Source of the DNA: a virus
Length of the DNA stretch: 64,000 nucleotides
Strand: one strand, 5' to 3'
IMG/VR virus record: IMGVR_UViG_3300027816_000087
Coordinates: 1 to 64,000 of that record
This document shows positions 17,627-27,534 of the stretch, one piece after another (positions within the stretch are counted from its first letter, which is position 1; each line of letters begins with the position of its first letter). The translations under genes and the position numbers were made by a program. Below the pieces are notes generated by a model that was given only the letters and a program-made list of their open reading frames with translations, was not told the DNA's origin and did not search any database.

Positions 17627-18175
17627 ATGAGTAAAGAAAGAGAAGAGTTGCTCCAAAGAGCAAGAAACTATCATCGAACTCTCATTAATGATCTTAAGAT
17701 TAATGAGACAGATTTCACTATTAAGAAAATCTTTAGACATGAAGGTGTTATTGTTGTTCCTATTATGGGATATGAATTTCAAAAACCAAAAGGTCTTTAT
17801 TTTGAAATAGCAAAAGGAGACTATAGTGGTTTTGCAGATGAAGAAAGAACAGTGTATAGACTTCCTAATTCTGAGAAAGAAGAAGCTATTCCTGATCCCA
17901 TTTATGAAGATAGATATTTAGTACCATTAGAAGTTCTAAGAAAAGTCGATCCTCATTCAGTGGCTATTAGTAAAGAAGCTGCTGTTATGAGTGGAGATAG
18001 TATTCTTAAGAAAATGAAAGAAGAGTCTTCTTCAACTATGAAGATCTTTAGTACAAAGATAACAGATGATGCACCTTATAGTGATATGACTATAAGAGAT
18101 TATGTAGCAATACATAAGGGTATACCTGTAAGTGGTAAAGAGTGGCTCAATGAACTAATTAAACAATTACCTTAA
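17627..18175 (+). CDS. hypothetical protein
   Basis: 182 aa; C-terminal MTIRDYVAI...PVSGKEWLNELI motif. Confidence 0.65.
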   Translation: MSKEREELLQRARNYHRTLINDLKINETDFTIKKIFRHEGVIVVPIMGYEFQKPKGLYFEIAKGDYSGFADEERTVYRLPNSEKEEAIPDPIYEDRYLVPLEVLRKVDPHSVAISKEAAVMSGDSILKKMKEESSSTMKIFSTKITDDAPYSDMTIRDYVAIHKGIPVSGKEWLNELIKQLP

Positions 18176-18177
18176 AT

Positions 18178-18861
18178 ATGGCAGTAGGAATTCTTATTAT
18201 TGCAGAATCAGGAGCTGGTAAATCTACTAGTATTGAAGCTCTAGATCCAAAAGAAACATTCATTATTAATGTAGCTAACAAACCTCTTCCTTTCAAAGGA
18301 TGGAGAAAAAAGTACACAACATGGAGTAAAGAAAACCCTGGTGGTAATCTTTATGACAAAGCTGCTCCTGAAAATATCGAAGCATGTCTTCGTTATATAA
18401 GCGAGAAGCGACCTGAGATTAAGAACATTGTTATTGATGATTTTCAATACATGTCTTCTTTTGAGTTCTTTGATAAAGTGGATGAGAAAGGTTACGAGAA
18501 GTTTACTAAGATAGGTGCACATTTAGCTAGAATAGCTAGGCTACCAAAAGATCTTAGAGATGATCTTATGATCTTTATTCTCACTCACGCAGAGGAAGCA
18601 ACAGACATTGAAGGTAAACGTAAGTTTAAAGCAAAGACTATTGGTAAAATGGTTGATGAAAAGCTTACATTAGAAGGTTTGTTTTCTATTGTTCTCTTTG
18701 GTAAAGTGAAGAAAAACAAAGAAGGTGTTATACGCTATGTTTTTGAAACACAAACCAATGGAGAAAATACATGCAAATCTCCTAGAGGAATGTTTGACAG
18801 TTTGGAAATTGAAAACAATTTGCAAATGGTGCGTCAAGCTATTTTGGATTACGAAAATTAA
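18178..18861 (+). CDS. AAA_24-family ATPase (Sak4-like recombinase)
   Basis: AESGAGKST, VIDDFQY, KTIGKM and TCKSP motifs; followed by an SSB-like gene. Confidence 0.8.
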   Translation: MAVGILIIAESGAGKSTSIEALDPKETFIINVANKPLPFKGWRKKYTTWSKENPGGNLYDKAAPENIEACLRYISEKRPEIKNIVIDDFQYMSSFEFFDKVDEKGYEKFTKIGAHLARIARLPKDLRDDLMIFILTHAEEATDIEGKRKFKAKTIGKMVDEKLTLEGLFSIVLFGKVKKNKEGVIRYVFETQTNGENTCKSPRGMFDSLEIENNLQMVRQAILDYEN

Positions 18862-18893
18862 TTTCTTATATTTACATTTTAAAAACAACAATT

Positions 18894-19517
18894 ATGTTTA
18901 GTACAAAAGGACAAGAAGTAAAAGGCAGCAGTGGACCTTCAAAATCTCTGCAACCAGGTGTAGTGTTAGCTCACGTGCATAGTGCAACAGTTAAGCATTC
19001 TGAAAAAACAGGTAAGAAAATGTTAGAGTTTGTGTTGGAAGGACCAGCACTTGAGAACTTTGAGGGATGGGCTATTGATAAAGCTAATCCTGAAGGACCT
19101 AAATTTACAGGACCTTCTTCTAGAGTGAGTGCAACTATCTGGACTGATCTTTACAATGAAGATGACATTAACAAAAATCAAATCCTTAATCGCTTTGTTG
19201 TTATTGCACAAAAGCTTGGTCTTAAAGATCAACTAGATAATATTTCTGAAGAGCATCAAATCACTTCTATTGAGCAGTGGGTTGAAAAAGCTACAGAAAT
19301 CATCAAAGGTCATGATCTTTATTGGTTCTTGAAAGGTAATGAAGAAGAGTATAACGGTAAAACTATTGTTAAACTTTCTCTTCCTAAGTTTAAGTTCTGC
19401 GGTAACTTAACATCAGAGATTGATACATTTGATAAAAATAATCAATATCATTATAAGCCATTGGCTCAAAGCACAACAGTGAAGAGCTTTGAAGCTGCTA
19501 GTGATTTTGATCTATAG
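18894..19517 (+). CDS. putative single-stranded DNA-binding protein
   Basis: Position between the AAA_24 ATPase and primase; acidic/aromatic C-terminal tail (ASDFDL). Confidence 0.55.
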   Translation: MFSTKGQEVKGSSGPSKSLQPGVVLAHVHSATVKHSEKTGKKMLEFVLEGPALENFEGWAIDKANPEGPKFTGPSSRVSATIWTDLYNEDDINKNQILNRFVVIAQKLGLKDQLDNISEEHQITSIEQWVEKATEIIKGHDLYWFLKGNEEEYNGKTIVKLSLPKFKFCGNLTSEIDTFDKNNQYHYKPLAQSTTVKSFEAASDFDL

Positions 19518-19542
19518 TTTAGAGTTTAAAACCAACATGTCC

Positions 19543-19572
19543 AGGGGGTGTTTTTACACCCCCTTAATTTTT
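19543..19572 (+). terminator. hairpin/terminator after the SSB-like gene
   Basis: AGGGGGTGT-TTTT-ACACCCCCT followed by TAATTTTT. Confidence 0.55.
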
Positions 19573-19578
19573 AAGCTT

Positions 19579-20565
19579 ATGTTTAGAATTAGAAATTTAG
19601 TACACGATATAAAAGATGTACCTGATACATGGATATTTGAACATTATTGTAAACTTAGTTATAAATTAGAAGGACAGCACATAAAGATTAAATCATTATT
19701 TAATCAAGAGCGCACACCTAGTATGTGTATTTATACTAACAAGTATAATACGTATAGGTATAAAGACTTTTCATCTGGTAAATCTGGTGGAGGTGTAGAT
19801 TTAGTTAAAGAACTCTATGGATTGAACTATTATCAAGCATGCGAGAAAATAATACTTGAATATAATGATTGTATTCTCAAAAACGGATGTGGTTATGAGT
19901 CTAAAGAGTTAAAACAATTTTCTAAATTCAAAGTGAGCTCCTTTACTAAAAGAGATTGGACAACTAAAGATCAATATTATTGGACACAATTTAATATTGG
20001 TTCTAAGCTTTTAGAAGAACATTGCGTCTATCCATTAGACAATTATGTTATGACAAAAGATGAAGATCAAATTGAAATTAAAGGAACTTACATTTATGGT
20101 TATTTTAGAAAAGATGGAACACTCTATAAAATATACCAACCCAAAAACCAAGACAAGAAGTTTGTAAAAGTGAAGAGTTACATCCAGGGTATAGAACAAT
20201 GTAAACCTGGCAACAAACATCTTCTCATCACTTCTAGTCTTAAAGATGTAATGTCTATTAAGTCCTTAAAACTTTCTGGGCTAAATATTATTGCAGCAGA
20301 TTCTGAGAACACTATGCTACCACAATCTGATATAGAGGTGTGGCAAAATGAATATCAGAATATTATTCTTCTATTTGATAATGATAATGCAGGCATAGAA
20401 GCTATGAGAAAATATCAGGAAAAATATCCTTTTATTAAAGTGGCTTTACTACCTTTGAGTAAAGATGTTTCTGATAGTATCAGAGACCATAGTGCTAGAA
20501 AGGTGAGAGAACATCTAGTTCCTATATTAAATAGAAAAATAAATGAAACGCAAGAAGACATATAG
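19579..20565 (+). CDS. DNA primase (DnaG/TOPRIM type)
   Basis: ERTPSM..YKDF N-terminal region, ITSSLKDV, LFDNDNAG and KDVSD motifs; likely start MFRIRN. Confidence 0.85.
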   Translation: MFRIRNLVHDIKDVPDTWIFEHYCKLSYKLEGQHIKIKSLFNQERTPSMCIYTNKYNTYRYKDFSSGKSGGGVDLVKELYGLNYYQACEKIILEYNDCILKNGCGYESKELKQFSKFKVSSFTKRDWTTKDQYYWTQFNIGSKLLEEHCVYPLDNYVMTKDEDQIEIKGTYIYGYFRKDGTLYKIYQPKNQDKKFVKVKSYIQGIEQCKPGNKHLLITSSLKDVMSIKSLKLSGLNIIAADSENTMLPQSDIEVWQNEYQNIILLFDNDNAGIEAMRKYQEKYPFIKVALLPLSKDVSDSIRDHSARKVREHLVPILNRKINETQEDI

Positions 20566-20956
20566 CAAACCCAGAAAACCAAAGAAGCCAACAGTTCCTA
20601 AACCAAGAAACGCAGGAACTATGACTGAGAGTGCATTCTGGTCATTCATTAGAAGTGCACTTAGACAGAAGTCTAGATTTTGGAAACCTATTATGGAATG
20701 CAAGAGAAAATCTCGCAAACCATATCAAGGCCCAAATAAAAGACAAAAGTTTGAGTATCAGTGTAACCAATGTAAAGGTTGGTTTGCTGAGAAAAAAATC
20801 AATGTCGATCACATAGTTCCTGCTGGTTCTTTGAATTGTGCTAATGATCTTCCAGGGTTTGTAGAAAGATTATTCTGTGAAGTGAATAATCTACAAGTGC
20901 TTTGCACCACTTGTCATGATTTAAAAACTAAAAAAGAAAAAAATGGCAATTTATAA
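20543..20956 (+). CDS. HNH endonuclease
   Basis: CNQC, VDHIVP and NLQVLCTTCH motifs. Confidence 0.85.
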   Translation: MKRKKTYSKPRKPKKPTVPKPRNAGTMTESAFWSFIRSALRQKSRFWKPIMECKRKSRKPYQGPNKRQKFEYQCNQCKGWFAEKKINVDHIVPAGSLNCANDLPGFVERLFCEVNNLQVLCTTCHDLKTKKEKNGNL

Positions 20957-21209
20957 TAACGACAGAGATCCCAATGAAGAGATGTGGGAAAAACAGCAAT
21001 TTGACATAGAAGTAGAAAATGAAAGATTAAATAAACACAAAGATATGATGAAACAAGTTGTTGATCTTAATAACGAGCTAATTGATATTCAAGTGGAAAA
21101 GTTTAAAATACTATGTGATTTTCTTGAGTATGAAGAAGCTCTTACAAAAGATAAAGACACTGCGTCTAGAATACAAACACTTTTAAAAGGAATGAATGTA
21201 TGGAAATAG
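20943..21209 (+). CDS. hypothetical protein
   Basis: 88-aa coiled-coil ORF in the operon. Confidence 0.55.
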   Translation: MAIYNNDRDPNEEMWEKQQFDIEVENERLNKHKDMMKQVVDLNNELIDIQVEKFKILCDFLEYEEALTKDKDTASRIQTLLKGMNVWK

Positions 21210-22258
21210 ATGATTTCTTTGAAGATAAAATGCTAACAGAATTAGTAACAGAATCTGTTAAGATGTTAGAAGATGAGTTTTATAGTAAACGATTTGAGTT
21301 TTCTTACAGTAGTCTTAATAAATTATTATGGAACCCTGTAGTGTTTCATCAGCTTTATGTTCTTAAAATGAAAGAAGAAAAAACTGATGCTCACTTAGTG
21401 CAGGGTAAGGTGATACATTGTCTTTTATTAGAAGAGAATAAGTTTAATGATCAATTTATTATTAGCCCTTCTAGTTTACCAACAGGTAATCTTAGAAGTG
21501 TAATAGATAGAGTGTATAGTCATTATAAAGAGTTATCATCTAATGGAGATCAGAGAACTAGACTAGAAGAGTTTTCTGAAGCTATTCTTGATATTCTAAG
21601 AGATATAAACTATCATCAGAGTTTAAAAACAGACGAGCAAAGATTAGATAAGGTGCTCACTGGAGAAGCTATATCATATTGGGATTTTCTTATGACAAGA
21701 AACGGTAAAACTCTTGTAGATCAGGACACTTATAATTTCTGTAAAGGAGCTGTAGATCTTATTAAATCAGATCCTAATGTATGTGAGCTTATAGGAGCTA
21801 ATGTAAATGACTTTAGTAATAAAGATGTTTACAACGAGCTTCCCTTAACAGCAAACATAAGTGGAAAACCTTTTGGTCTTAAAGGAATTGTAGATAATAT
21901 AGTTGTTGATCATAATAAAAAAATTATTTTTATCAACGATTTAAAGACTACAAGTAAAGAGTTAAAAGATTTTTCAGAGTCTGTTGAATATTATAACTAT
22001 TGGATGCAAGCTGTGATATACACAACTCTTGTTTCAACCAAGTTTTTTCATTATATTCATAGTGAAGGGTATTCTGTACAATTTAGATTTCTTGTAATCG
22101 ATAAAATGTTCAATGTCTATCCCTTCTTGGTAAGTGAAAAAACTCTAACTGATTGGTTAACAAGGTTTTTAACATGCTTGGAAAAAGCCGAATGGCATTA
22201 TATAAACAAAAGATACGATCTACCATACGAATTCGCATTAGGAAAGGTCGTTCTGTAA
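21200..22258 (+). CDS. PD-(D/E)XK exonuclease (RecE/DUF3799-like)
   Basis: FSYSSL, GKVIHCLLLE, KGIVD, DLKT and YWMQAVIY motifs. Confidence 0.85.
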   Translation: MEIDDFFEDKMLTELVTESVKMLEDEFYSKRFEFSYSSLNKLLWNPVVFHQLYVLKMKEEKTDAHLVQGKVIHCLLLEENKFNDQFIISPSSLPTGNLRSVIDRVYSHYKELSSNGDQRTRLEEFSEAILDILRDINYHQSLKTDEQRLDKVLTGEAISYWDFLMTRNGKTLVDQDTYNFCKGAVDLIKSDPNVCELIGANVNDFSNKDVYNELPLTANISGKPFGLKGIVDNIVVDHNKKIIFINDLKTTSKELKDFSESVEYYNYWMQAVIYTTLVSTKFFHYIHSEGYSVQFRFLVIDKMFNVYPFLVSEKTLTDWLTRFLTCLEKAEWHYINKRYDLPYEFALGKVVL

Positions 22259-22268
22259 AAAGAAAACA

Positions 22269-22820
22269 ATGAATAGTATCTATTCTAAGTATTTTCAAAA
22301 GTCAAGATCCTTTTTATATCCCATCCTTGGTATAAAAAAAACAAGCTATGCAGCACCTAATGGTACTTATATTGCTATTCAAGGTTTAATAGACGCTGAT
22401 GACGTTAAACTAATATGCACATTTAAAGAAGATAACTCCGAAAGCTTCAAGAAATTTGAAGAACAAATGTTAATAACTAATCCACTTTTTGATAGAATTC
22501 TTGAAGTGGATGGTTATAAACTTTACATATTTGATCTTAAGGTTTATGAATCTGATTGGTTTAACTTTTTATTGGGTAAATATTCTAAGTTGTCATCAAC
22601 TATGAAAAGAGCAATTAAGCTTTATTATGGTGAAAATTCAGCAGAGTATAAATATATGGATAGCTATCTCCACCCTGAAAAATACTTTGACGACTACGCT
22701 AAAATTTTAGATGTAGATGTTAAAGAGCTTAAAAAGATAGGTGAGCTATGTGATCCTTGTGATCTTGATAAAGAAACTTTAGTTGTAGAAAACTTGGAAG
22801 TTTCAAAAAAAGATGATTAA
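22269..22820 (+). CDS. hypothetical protein
   Basis: 183 aa; FLYP..., GKYSK and KETL motifs; no function assigned. Confidence 0.7.
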   Translation: MNSIYSKYFQKSRSFLYPILGIKKTSYAAPNGTYIAIQGLIDADDVKLICTFKEDNSESFKKFEEQMLITNPLFDRILEVDGYKLYIFDLKVYESDWFNFLLGKYSKLSSTMKRAIKLYYGENSAEYKYMDSYLHPEKYFDDYAKILDVDVKELKKIGELCDPCDLDKETLVVENLEVSKKDD

Positions 22821-22839
22821 ATTTACAAAAAAAACAATT

Positions 22840-23241
22840 ATGAAGAATTCAATGATGTTAGTTACCTCTACTTGGGGGCAACAAAAGACATTCAAAATGA
22901 TCCCAATGCTACTTGAATGTCCTTACAATGAAGCTATTTATGACCCACAAGCTAAAGTGCTTGCTCTTATTTCTAAAGAAAGAAAGCAAACAATGCATAT
23001 GATGGCTAAGCTTAATGAGTGGGGAGATGTAGTTCCTATGAAAGTAGGTAAGCGTTCTAATGGTAAAGACTATGCAGAAGAGCGCAAAACTCTTGAGACG
23101 TATTACGAATATTTTATAGAAAATGCTGAAGAGATTGCTACTATTGTAGATCGTTTAGCTATGAATGCAGATAGCTTTGATTTCAAAGCGTTAATGACTA
23201 CAGAACCTGTAGCTGAGAAATCACTTCTTACCACACTGTAA
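22840..23241 (+). CDS. hypothetical protein
   Basis: Likely start MKNSM after A-rich leader AAAAAAACAATT; followed by a terminator. Confidence 0.65.
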   Translation: MKNSMMLVTSTWGQQKTFKMIPMLLECPYNEAIYDPQAKVLALISKERKQTMHMMAKLNEWGDVVPMKVGKRSNGKDYAEERKTLETYYEYFIENAEEIATIVDRLAMNADSFDFKALMTTEPVAEKSLLTTL

Positions 23242-23262
23242 GAAAATTAAAATAAAATATAG

Positions 23263-23293
23263 AAAGGAGAGATTTTATATCTCTCCTTTTTTT
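23263..23293 (+). terminator. intrinsic terminator
   Basis: AAAGGAGAGAT-TTTAT-ATCTCTCCTTT followed by a T run. Confidence 0.75.
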
Positions 23294-23300
23294 ATATTTG
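23293..23300 (+). promoter_or_regulatory. putative Bacteroidota -7 promoter element for the polymerase operon
   Basis: TATATTTG fits TAnnTTTG, directly after the terminator and about 30 nt before the PolB ATG. Confidence 0.45.
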
Positions 23301-23329
23301 TAACTTAAGGGGGAACAGCTTAACTGAAC

Positions 23330-25273
23330 ATGACATGTATGGATAAGAAAAATCATTGGGTGATGGACTACGAAACTATCTGCAATTGTTTTGTAGCAGT
23401 GTTCATCCACTACAAAGATGACTCTATTAAAAGGACATTTGTCATAAATAAATCGACAAATGACTTTCCTAGATTTATATCCTTTCTCAAAGGAAATGTC
23501 AAACATAAGGAATGGCACATCTCTTATAATGGTTTAGCATTCGATGCTCAAATCACACAGCACATTCTTAATAATGAATCTAAATTTGCAAAACTCTCTG
23601 GAGAAGATTTAGCTAAAGAGTTATATAAGTTTGCACAAGAAGTGATTGATCGTACAGACAAAGGAGAGTTTCAAAAGTATTCACCACATAAGTTAAAGAT
23701 TAGACAAATAGATTTATTTAAAATGAATCACTGGGATAATCGTGCTAAGATGAGTTCTCTAAAATGGGTGCAATATTCTATGGATTGGCAGAATGTAGAA
23801 GAGATGCCACATCCTCACTTTGAACCTGTGACAGATGTTCACACTTTGAATTCTGTTGTTAAGTATTGTATTAATGACGTAATGTCTACTAAACAAATCC
23901 TCAAGCATTCTAAAGAACAGATAGCTCTTAGGCAAACTCTTACAGCAGAATATGGTATAGATCTTTATTCAGCTTCAGAACCTAGAATATCTAAGGAGTT
24001 GTTTTTACATTTCTTAGAAGACAAGATTAAAATGGAAAAGTCTGAGATTAAACAACTCAGAACAAAACGTTCTATGATTGATCTTGGTTCCTGTATTCTT
24101 CCTTATGTGCAGTTTGAAACATCTGAGTTTCAAAAGGTGCTAAACTATTTTAAGAATAAGGTGATCACTTCTACGAAAGATGGGTTTAAGTATTCTATTG
24201 AGTATAAAGGAGTTAAGACTGATTATGGTTTAGGTGGTATTCATGGTGCTACATCAGCAGGTGTATATGAAGCTAAACCAGGTTGGACTATTATGACTTC
24301 AGATGTAACTAGTTTCTATCCCAATCTAGCTATTAAGAATGGTTTTCATCCAGCTCACCTTCCTCAAAAAGAGTTTTGTGAGCTGTACGAATGGTTCTTT
24401 GAAGAGAGAAAGAAGCTTCCTAAGACTGATCCTAAAAACTATGTGTATAAGATTATTCTAAATTCTACTTATGGTTTGACAGGTGATGAGAATAGTTTTC
24501 TGTATGATCCTAAAATGACTATGCAGATAACTATTAATGGTCAGCTTCTACTATCTATGCTTTATGAGATGTTATCCTTAGCAATTCCTGATGGTATACC
24601 CTTAATGCAAAATACAGATGGTTTGGAGATGATGATTCCAACAGAATCTGTACCTTTGTACATGAAGGTGTGCGAGAAGTGGGAGAAGCTTACACAGCTT
24701 AACCTTGAGCATGATGAATACAAAAAGATGGTTATTAGAGATGTCAATAACTATATTGCTATTCATAAAAATGGAAAGGTTAAGTGTAAAGGTGCATTTG
24801 AGTGGGAAGATCTAGAAAAGAAAAAGGTGGCAGTGTTTCACAAGAACAAAAGCTTTTTAATCATTCCCAAAGCTATATATGGTTATTTTGTTCATGGTAT
24901 AAAACCTGAAGAATATCTAGAACAAAACCAAAACATATATGACTATTGTGCTGGTGTAAAAGCTAAAGCTGGATGGAAGTTTGAAGAAACATGTGTAGAG
25001 AAAGGAGAGCTCAGTGTCAAAAGGCTTCAAAAGATTGTAAGGTATTATGTTTCTAAGGGAGGATGCAAACTTCTTAAAAAGCATAATGATGGTAGAGAGA
25101 TACAAGTTGAAGCAGGACAATGGATGCAAACAGTTATAAATCAATTGGATGAGTCTATTCCTTTCTCAAGTTATGACATTAATATTAAATATTATTTGGA
25201 AGAAATCTATAAACAGATTGAACAAATAGAAAAAGAAAGTGTCAAAGAATATACACAACTAACATTGTTTTAA
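23330..25273 (+). CDS. family B DNA polymerase with 3'-5' exonuclease domain
   Basis: Exo DYET, YNGLAFD and YCINDV; polymerase motifs SDVTSFYP, KIILNSTYG, QNTDG and KCKG. Confidence 0.93.
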   Translation: MTCMDKKNHWVMDYETICNCFVAVFIHYKDDSIKRTFVINKSTNDFPRFISFLKGNVKHKEWHISYNGLAFDAQITQHILNNESKFAKLSGEDLAKELYKFAQEVIDRTDKGEFQKYSPHKLKIRQIDLFKMNHWDNRAKMSSLKWVQYSMDWQNVEEMPHPHFEPVTDVHTLNSVVKYCINDVMSTKQILKHSKEQIALRQTLTAEYGIDLYSASEPRISKELFLHFLEDKIKMEKSEIKQLRTKRSMIDLGSCILPYVQFETSEFQKVLNYFKNKVITSTKDGFKYSIEYKGVKTDYGLGGIHGATSAGVYEAKPGWTIMTSDVTSFYPNLAIKNGFHPAHLPQKEFCELYEWFFEERKKLPKTDPKNYVYKIILNSTYGLTGDENSFLYDPKMTMQITINGQLLLSMLYEMLSLAIPDGIPLMQNTDGLEMMIPTESVPLYMKVCEKWEKLTQLNLEHDEYKKMVIRDVNNYIAIHKNGKVKCKGAFEWEDLEKKKVAVFHKNKSFLIIPKAIYGYFVHGIKPEEYLEQNQNIYDYCAGVKAKAGWKFEETCVEKGELSVKRLQKIVRYYVSKGGCKLLKKHNDGREIQVEAGQWMQTVINQLDESIPFSSYDINIKYYLEEIYKQIEQIEKESVKEYTQLTLF

Positions 25274-25274
25274 T

Positions 25275-25907
25275 ATGGCATTAATTGGACTTTCAGGTTA
25301 TAGTGGATCAGGTAAAGATACCTTTGGTCGTCTCATACAATACCACATTGCTAAAAATACTAAAGATATTAGCACGATTGATGTAATTAGCAATTACATG
25401 GAAAATCAGTGGTGGTTAGAAGAAAAATCAGAATGGGAAATAAAAAAGTTTGCAGGGAAGCTAAAAGAAATAGCTTCCTTGCTCACTGGTATCCCAGTGT
25501 ATAAGTTTGAAGATCAAGAATATAAAAACACTTATCTAGGTGATGAATGGCGTATCCATGGTCTACCTATGAAGGTGAGAGAGTTTTTACAATATCTTGG
25601 TACAAATGCACTTAGAGAATGTCTTCACCAAAACACATGGGTTAATGCTTTATTTGCAGACTATAAAGAAAGTGACAATTGGATTATTACAGATGTTAGA
25701 TTTCCTAATGAAGCCAAGGCTATTAAAGATAGAGGTGGTTTAATGATTAGAATTGATCGACCTTTTGTTAAACCTATTAATAGTCATCAATCAGAAACAG
25801 CACTTGATAATTGGAATTTTGATTATAAAGTGGCAAATGTTTCTGATCTTATATCATTATCATTTACAGTTGAAACTATTTTACAAGAACAAAAACTAAT
25901 ATTATGA
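25275..25907 (+). CDS. deoxynucleoside monophosphate kinase
   Basis: GYSGSGKDT, FAGKLK, REFLQYLGT, DVRFPNE and HQSE motifs. Confidence 0.88.
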   Translation: MALIGLSGYSGSGKDTFGRLIQYHIAKNTKDISTIDVISNYMENQWWLEEKSEWEIKKFAGKLKEIASLLTGIPVYKFEDQEYKNTYLGDEWRIHGLPMKVREFLQYLGTNALRECLHQNTWVNALFADYKESDNWIITDVRFPNEAKAIKDRGGLMIRIDRPFVKPINSHQSETALDNWNFDYKVANVSDLISLSFTVETILQEQKLIL

Positions 25908-26662
25908 TTTTTAAAATTAATTTTCAAAGCGTTATCATCGCTGCTCTTTTAGTAATTCTTTTTATGATGCTATTAGATAAATGTAGTTCTGAAGAAGAAT
26001 TTAGAACATTAAAAATGAAATACGATGAAGACATTACACGTATCAAAGATAGCTTAGGTAATGTTATCACTGTTAAAGATGCTGAAATTGTTCAGAATCA
26101 AGAAAGTATGAAAGATTTAAGAGCTCGCTTGTTTGAAACAACAGAAAAGTATAACAAGAAAGTAAAAGAGGTACAAGCTCTTATAGGACAAGAAACAGAA
26201 GTTGTTATTAAAGAAGTACCAGTTCCCTATGTAGATAGTGCTAAAATGAAAAAGTGGGCAGATAGTATCGCTATTAAATGCGCTGAAGTAATTAAATATT
26301 ATGAAGACAGCACTATTAGAATTGGTGCAAAAGCTAAAGACTCCACAGCTTATTACAAAATAGATGCCATAGTTGAAAAGAAAGGAATTAAAATGAATGA
26401 AATCAAATTCATTGATTCTCAGTATGTAGCAATTACAAAGATGAAAGGAGGCATCTTAAAAAGAAACACTAAAGGAAAATTTCGATTATATGTCCCTCCA
26501 ACCACTAGAGTGGAGATTAAGCATACGAATCCCCATTTCCAAAATACAGGTGTTAATTCATTTATCTTTGAGAAGAAGACTAATCGTGGATATGGAGCTG
26601 GTATATTACATGGAGCTATAGGAGGACTTGTGTTTGGTTTACTATTAACATTATCCCCATGA
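25904..26662 (+). CDS. membrane protein with N- and C-terminal hydrophobic segments (spanin candidate)
   Basis: N-terminal hydrophobic stretch ending DKCS, coiled coil, C-terminal Gly-rich TM. Confidence 0.6.
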   Translation: MIFKINFQSVIIAALLVILFMMLLDKCSSEEEFRTLKMKYDEDITRIKDSLGNVITVKDAEIVQNQESMKDLRARLFETTEKYNKKVKEVQALIGQETEVVIKEVPVPYVDSAKMKKWADSIAIKCAEVIKYYEDSTIRIGAKAKDSTAYYKIDAIVEKKGIKMNEIKFIDSQYVAITKMKGGILKRNTKGKFRLYVPPTTRVEIKHTNPHFQNTGVNSFIFEKKTNRGYGAGILHGAIGGLVFGLLLTLSP

Positions 26663-27516
26663 AGATAATACATCAAAAAACAAAAACCCTTACAACAAAA
26701 GATAATGGGAGAAGCTCAGATGCAGTTTCTCCCAATTTTATCTATGGTTGTTTAGGAGGCTGCATGAACAGTTATTGTTATGTAGGTAGATACAATCACG
26801 ATAAGGTGTATATAAATGAGAACTATGGTCAAATACTACAATCTATACATAACTGGGTAAAAGATAAACCTTGGCCTAAAACTCCTAATCAAGTAGATGA
26901 TAAGTATTATGTCATAGACATAGGATGTAGTACAGATGTGGCTCTTATGAGTAAGCACTATGACTGGCAGGAAAATGTATTTCAGTTTTTTAATAATACA
27001 GATAGAGTAAAAAGTACATTTGCCACTAAGTATCCTAGTATGTTCCACCCTGAAACATATGACTTAGCCCCAGGTAAGCATAGAATTAGAGTGAGCTTAA
27101 TGCCTCAGAAGTATAGTAATGTACTAGAACCTAACACAGATCTTATATCTGATCGCATACAATCTATCCCTAGACTACAGAAATATATGGAAGTGCATAT
27201 AAATTTCAGTCCTATTATTTATGAAGAAGGGTGGTTAGATGAGTATAGGAAGCTTTTTGAAGAAATAAAAAGTTATGGTATACAAAACATAAAATGTGAA
27301 TGTATATTCTTAACACATAATGTATTTCAACACGAACGTAATGCTCCACAAGTGAGAGATCTACTATGGAAACCTGATATACAAGAAGCTAAAGACTCAC
27401 AATACGCACCAGATAATATACGTTATCGTTATGATCTAAAGAGAGAGATGATAAAAGACTTCACTAAACTGTATAGTGAATACTTTAATCCATCTCAGAT
27501 TAGATATATTTTTTAA
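26659..27516 (+). CDS. spore photoproduct lyase-like radical SAM protein
   Basis: NGRSSD, GCLGGCMNSYCY, DIGCSTD, FATK, RIRVSLMP, EVHINFSPII and FLTH motifs. Confidence 0.8.
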   Translation: MKIIHQKTKTLTTKDNGRSSDAVSPNFIYGCLGGCMNSYCYVGRYNHDKVYINENYGQILQSIHNWVKDKPWPKTPNQVDDKYYVIDIGCSTDVALMSKHYDWQENVFQFFNNTDRVKSTFATKYPSMFHPETYDLAPGKHRIRVSLMPQKYSNVLEPNTDLISDRIQSIPRLQKYMEVHINFSPIIYEEGWLDEYRKLFEEIKSYGIQNIKCECIFLTHNVFQHERNAPQVRDLLWKPDIQEAKDSQYAPDNIRYRYDLKREMIKDFTKLYSEYFNPSQIRYIF

Positions 27517-27534
27517 ACTTTAAAACTAAATATT

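Noticed and set aside
19489-19578. N-terminal extension of the primase
   Set aside because: It runs through the upstream gene end and a hairpin; the ATG at 19579 is more plausible.
21200-22258. Cas4 / CRISPR adaptation gene
   Set aside because: No four-cysteine Fe-S pattern and no cas1/cas2 or array; context fits a recombination exonuclease.
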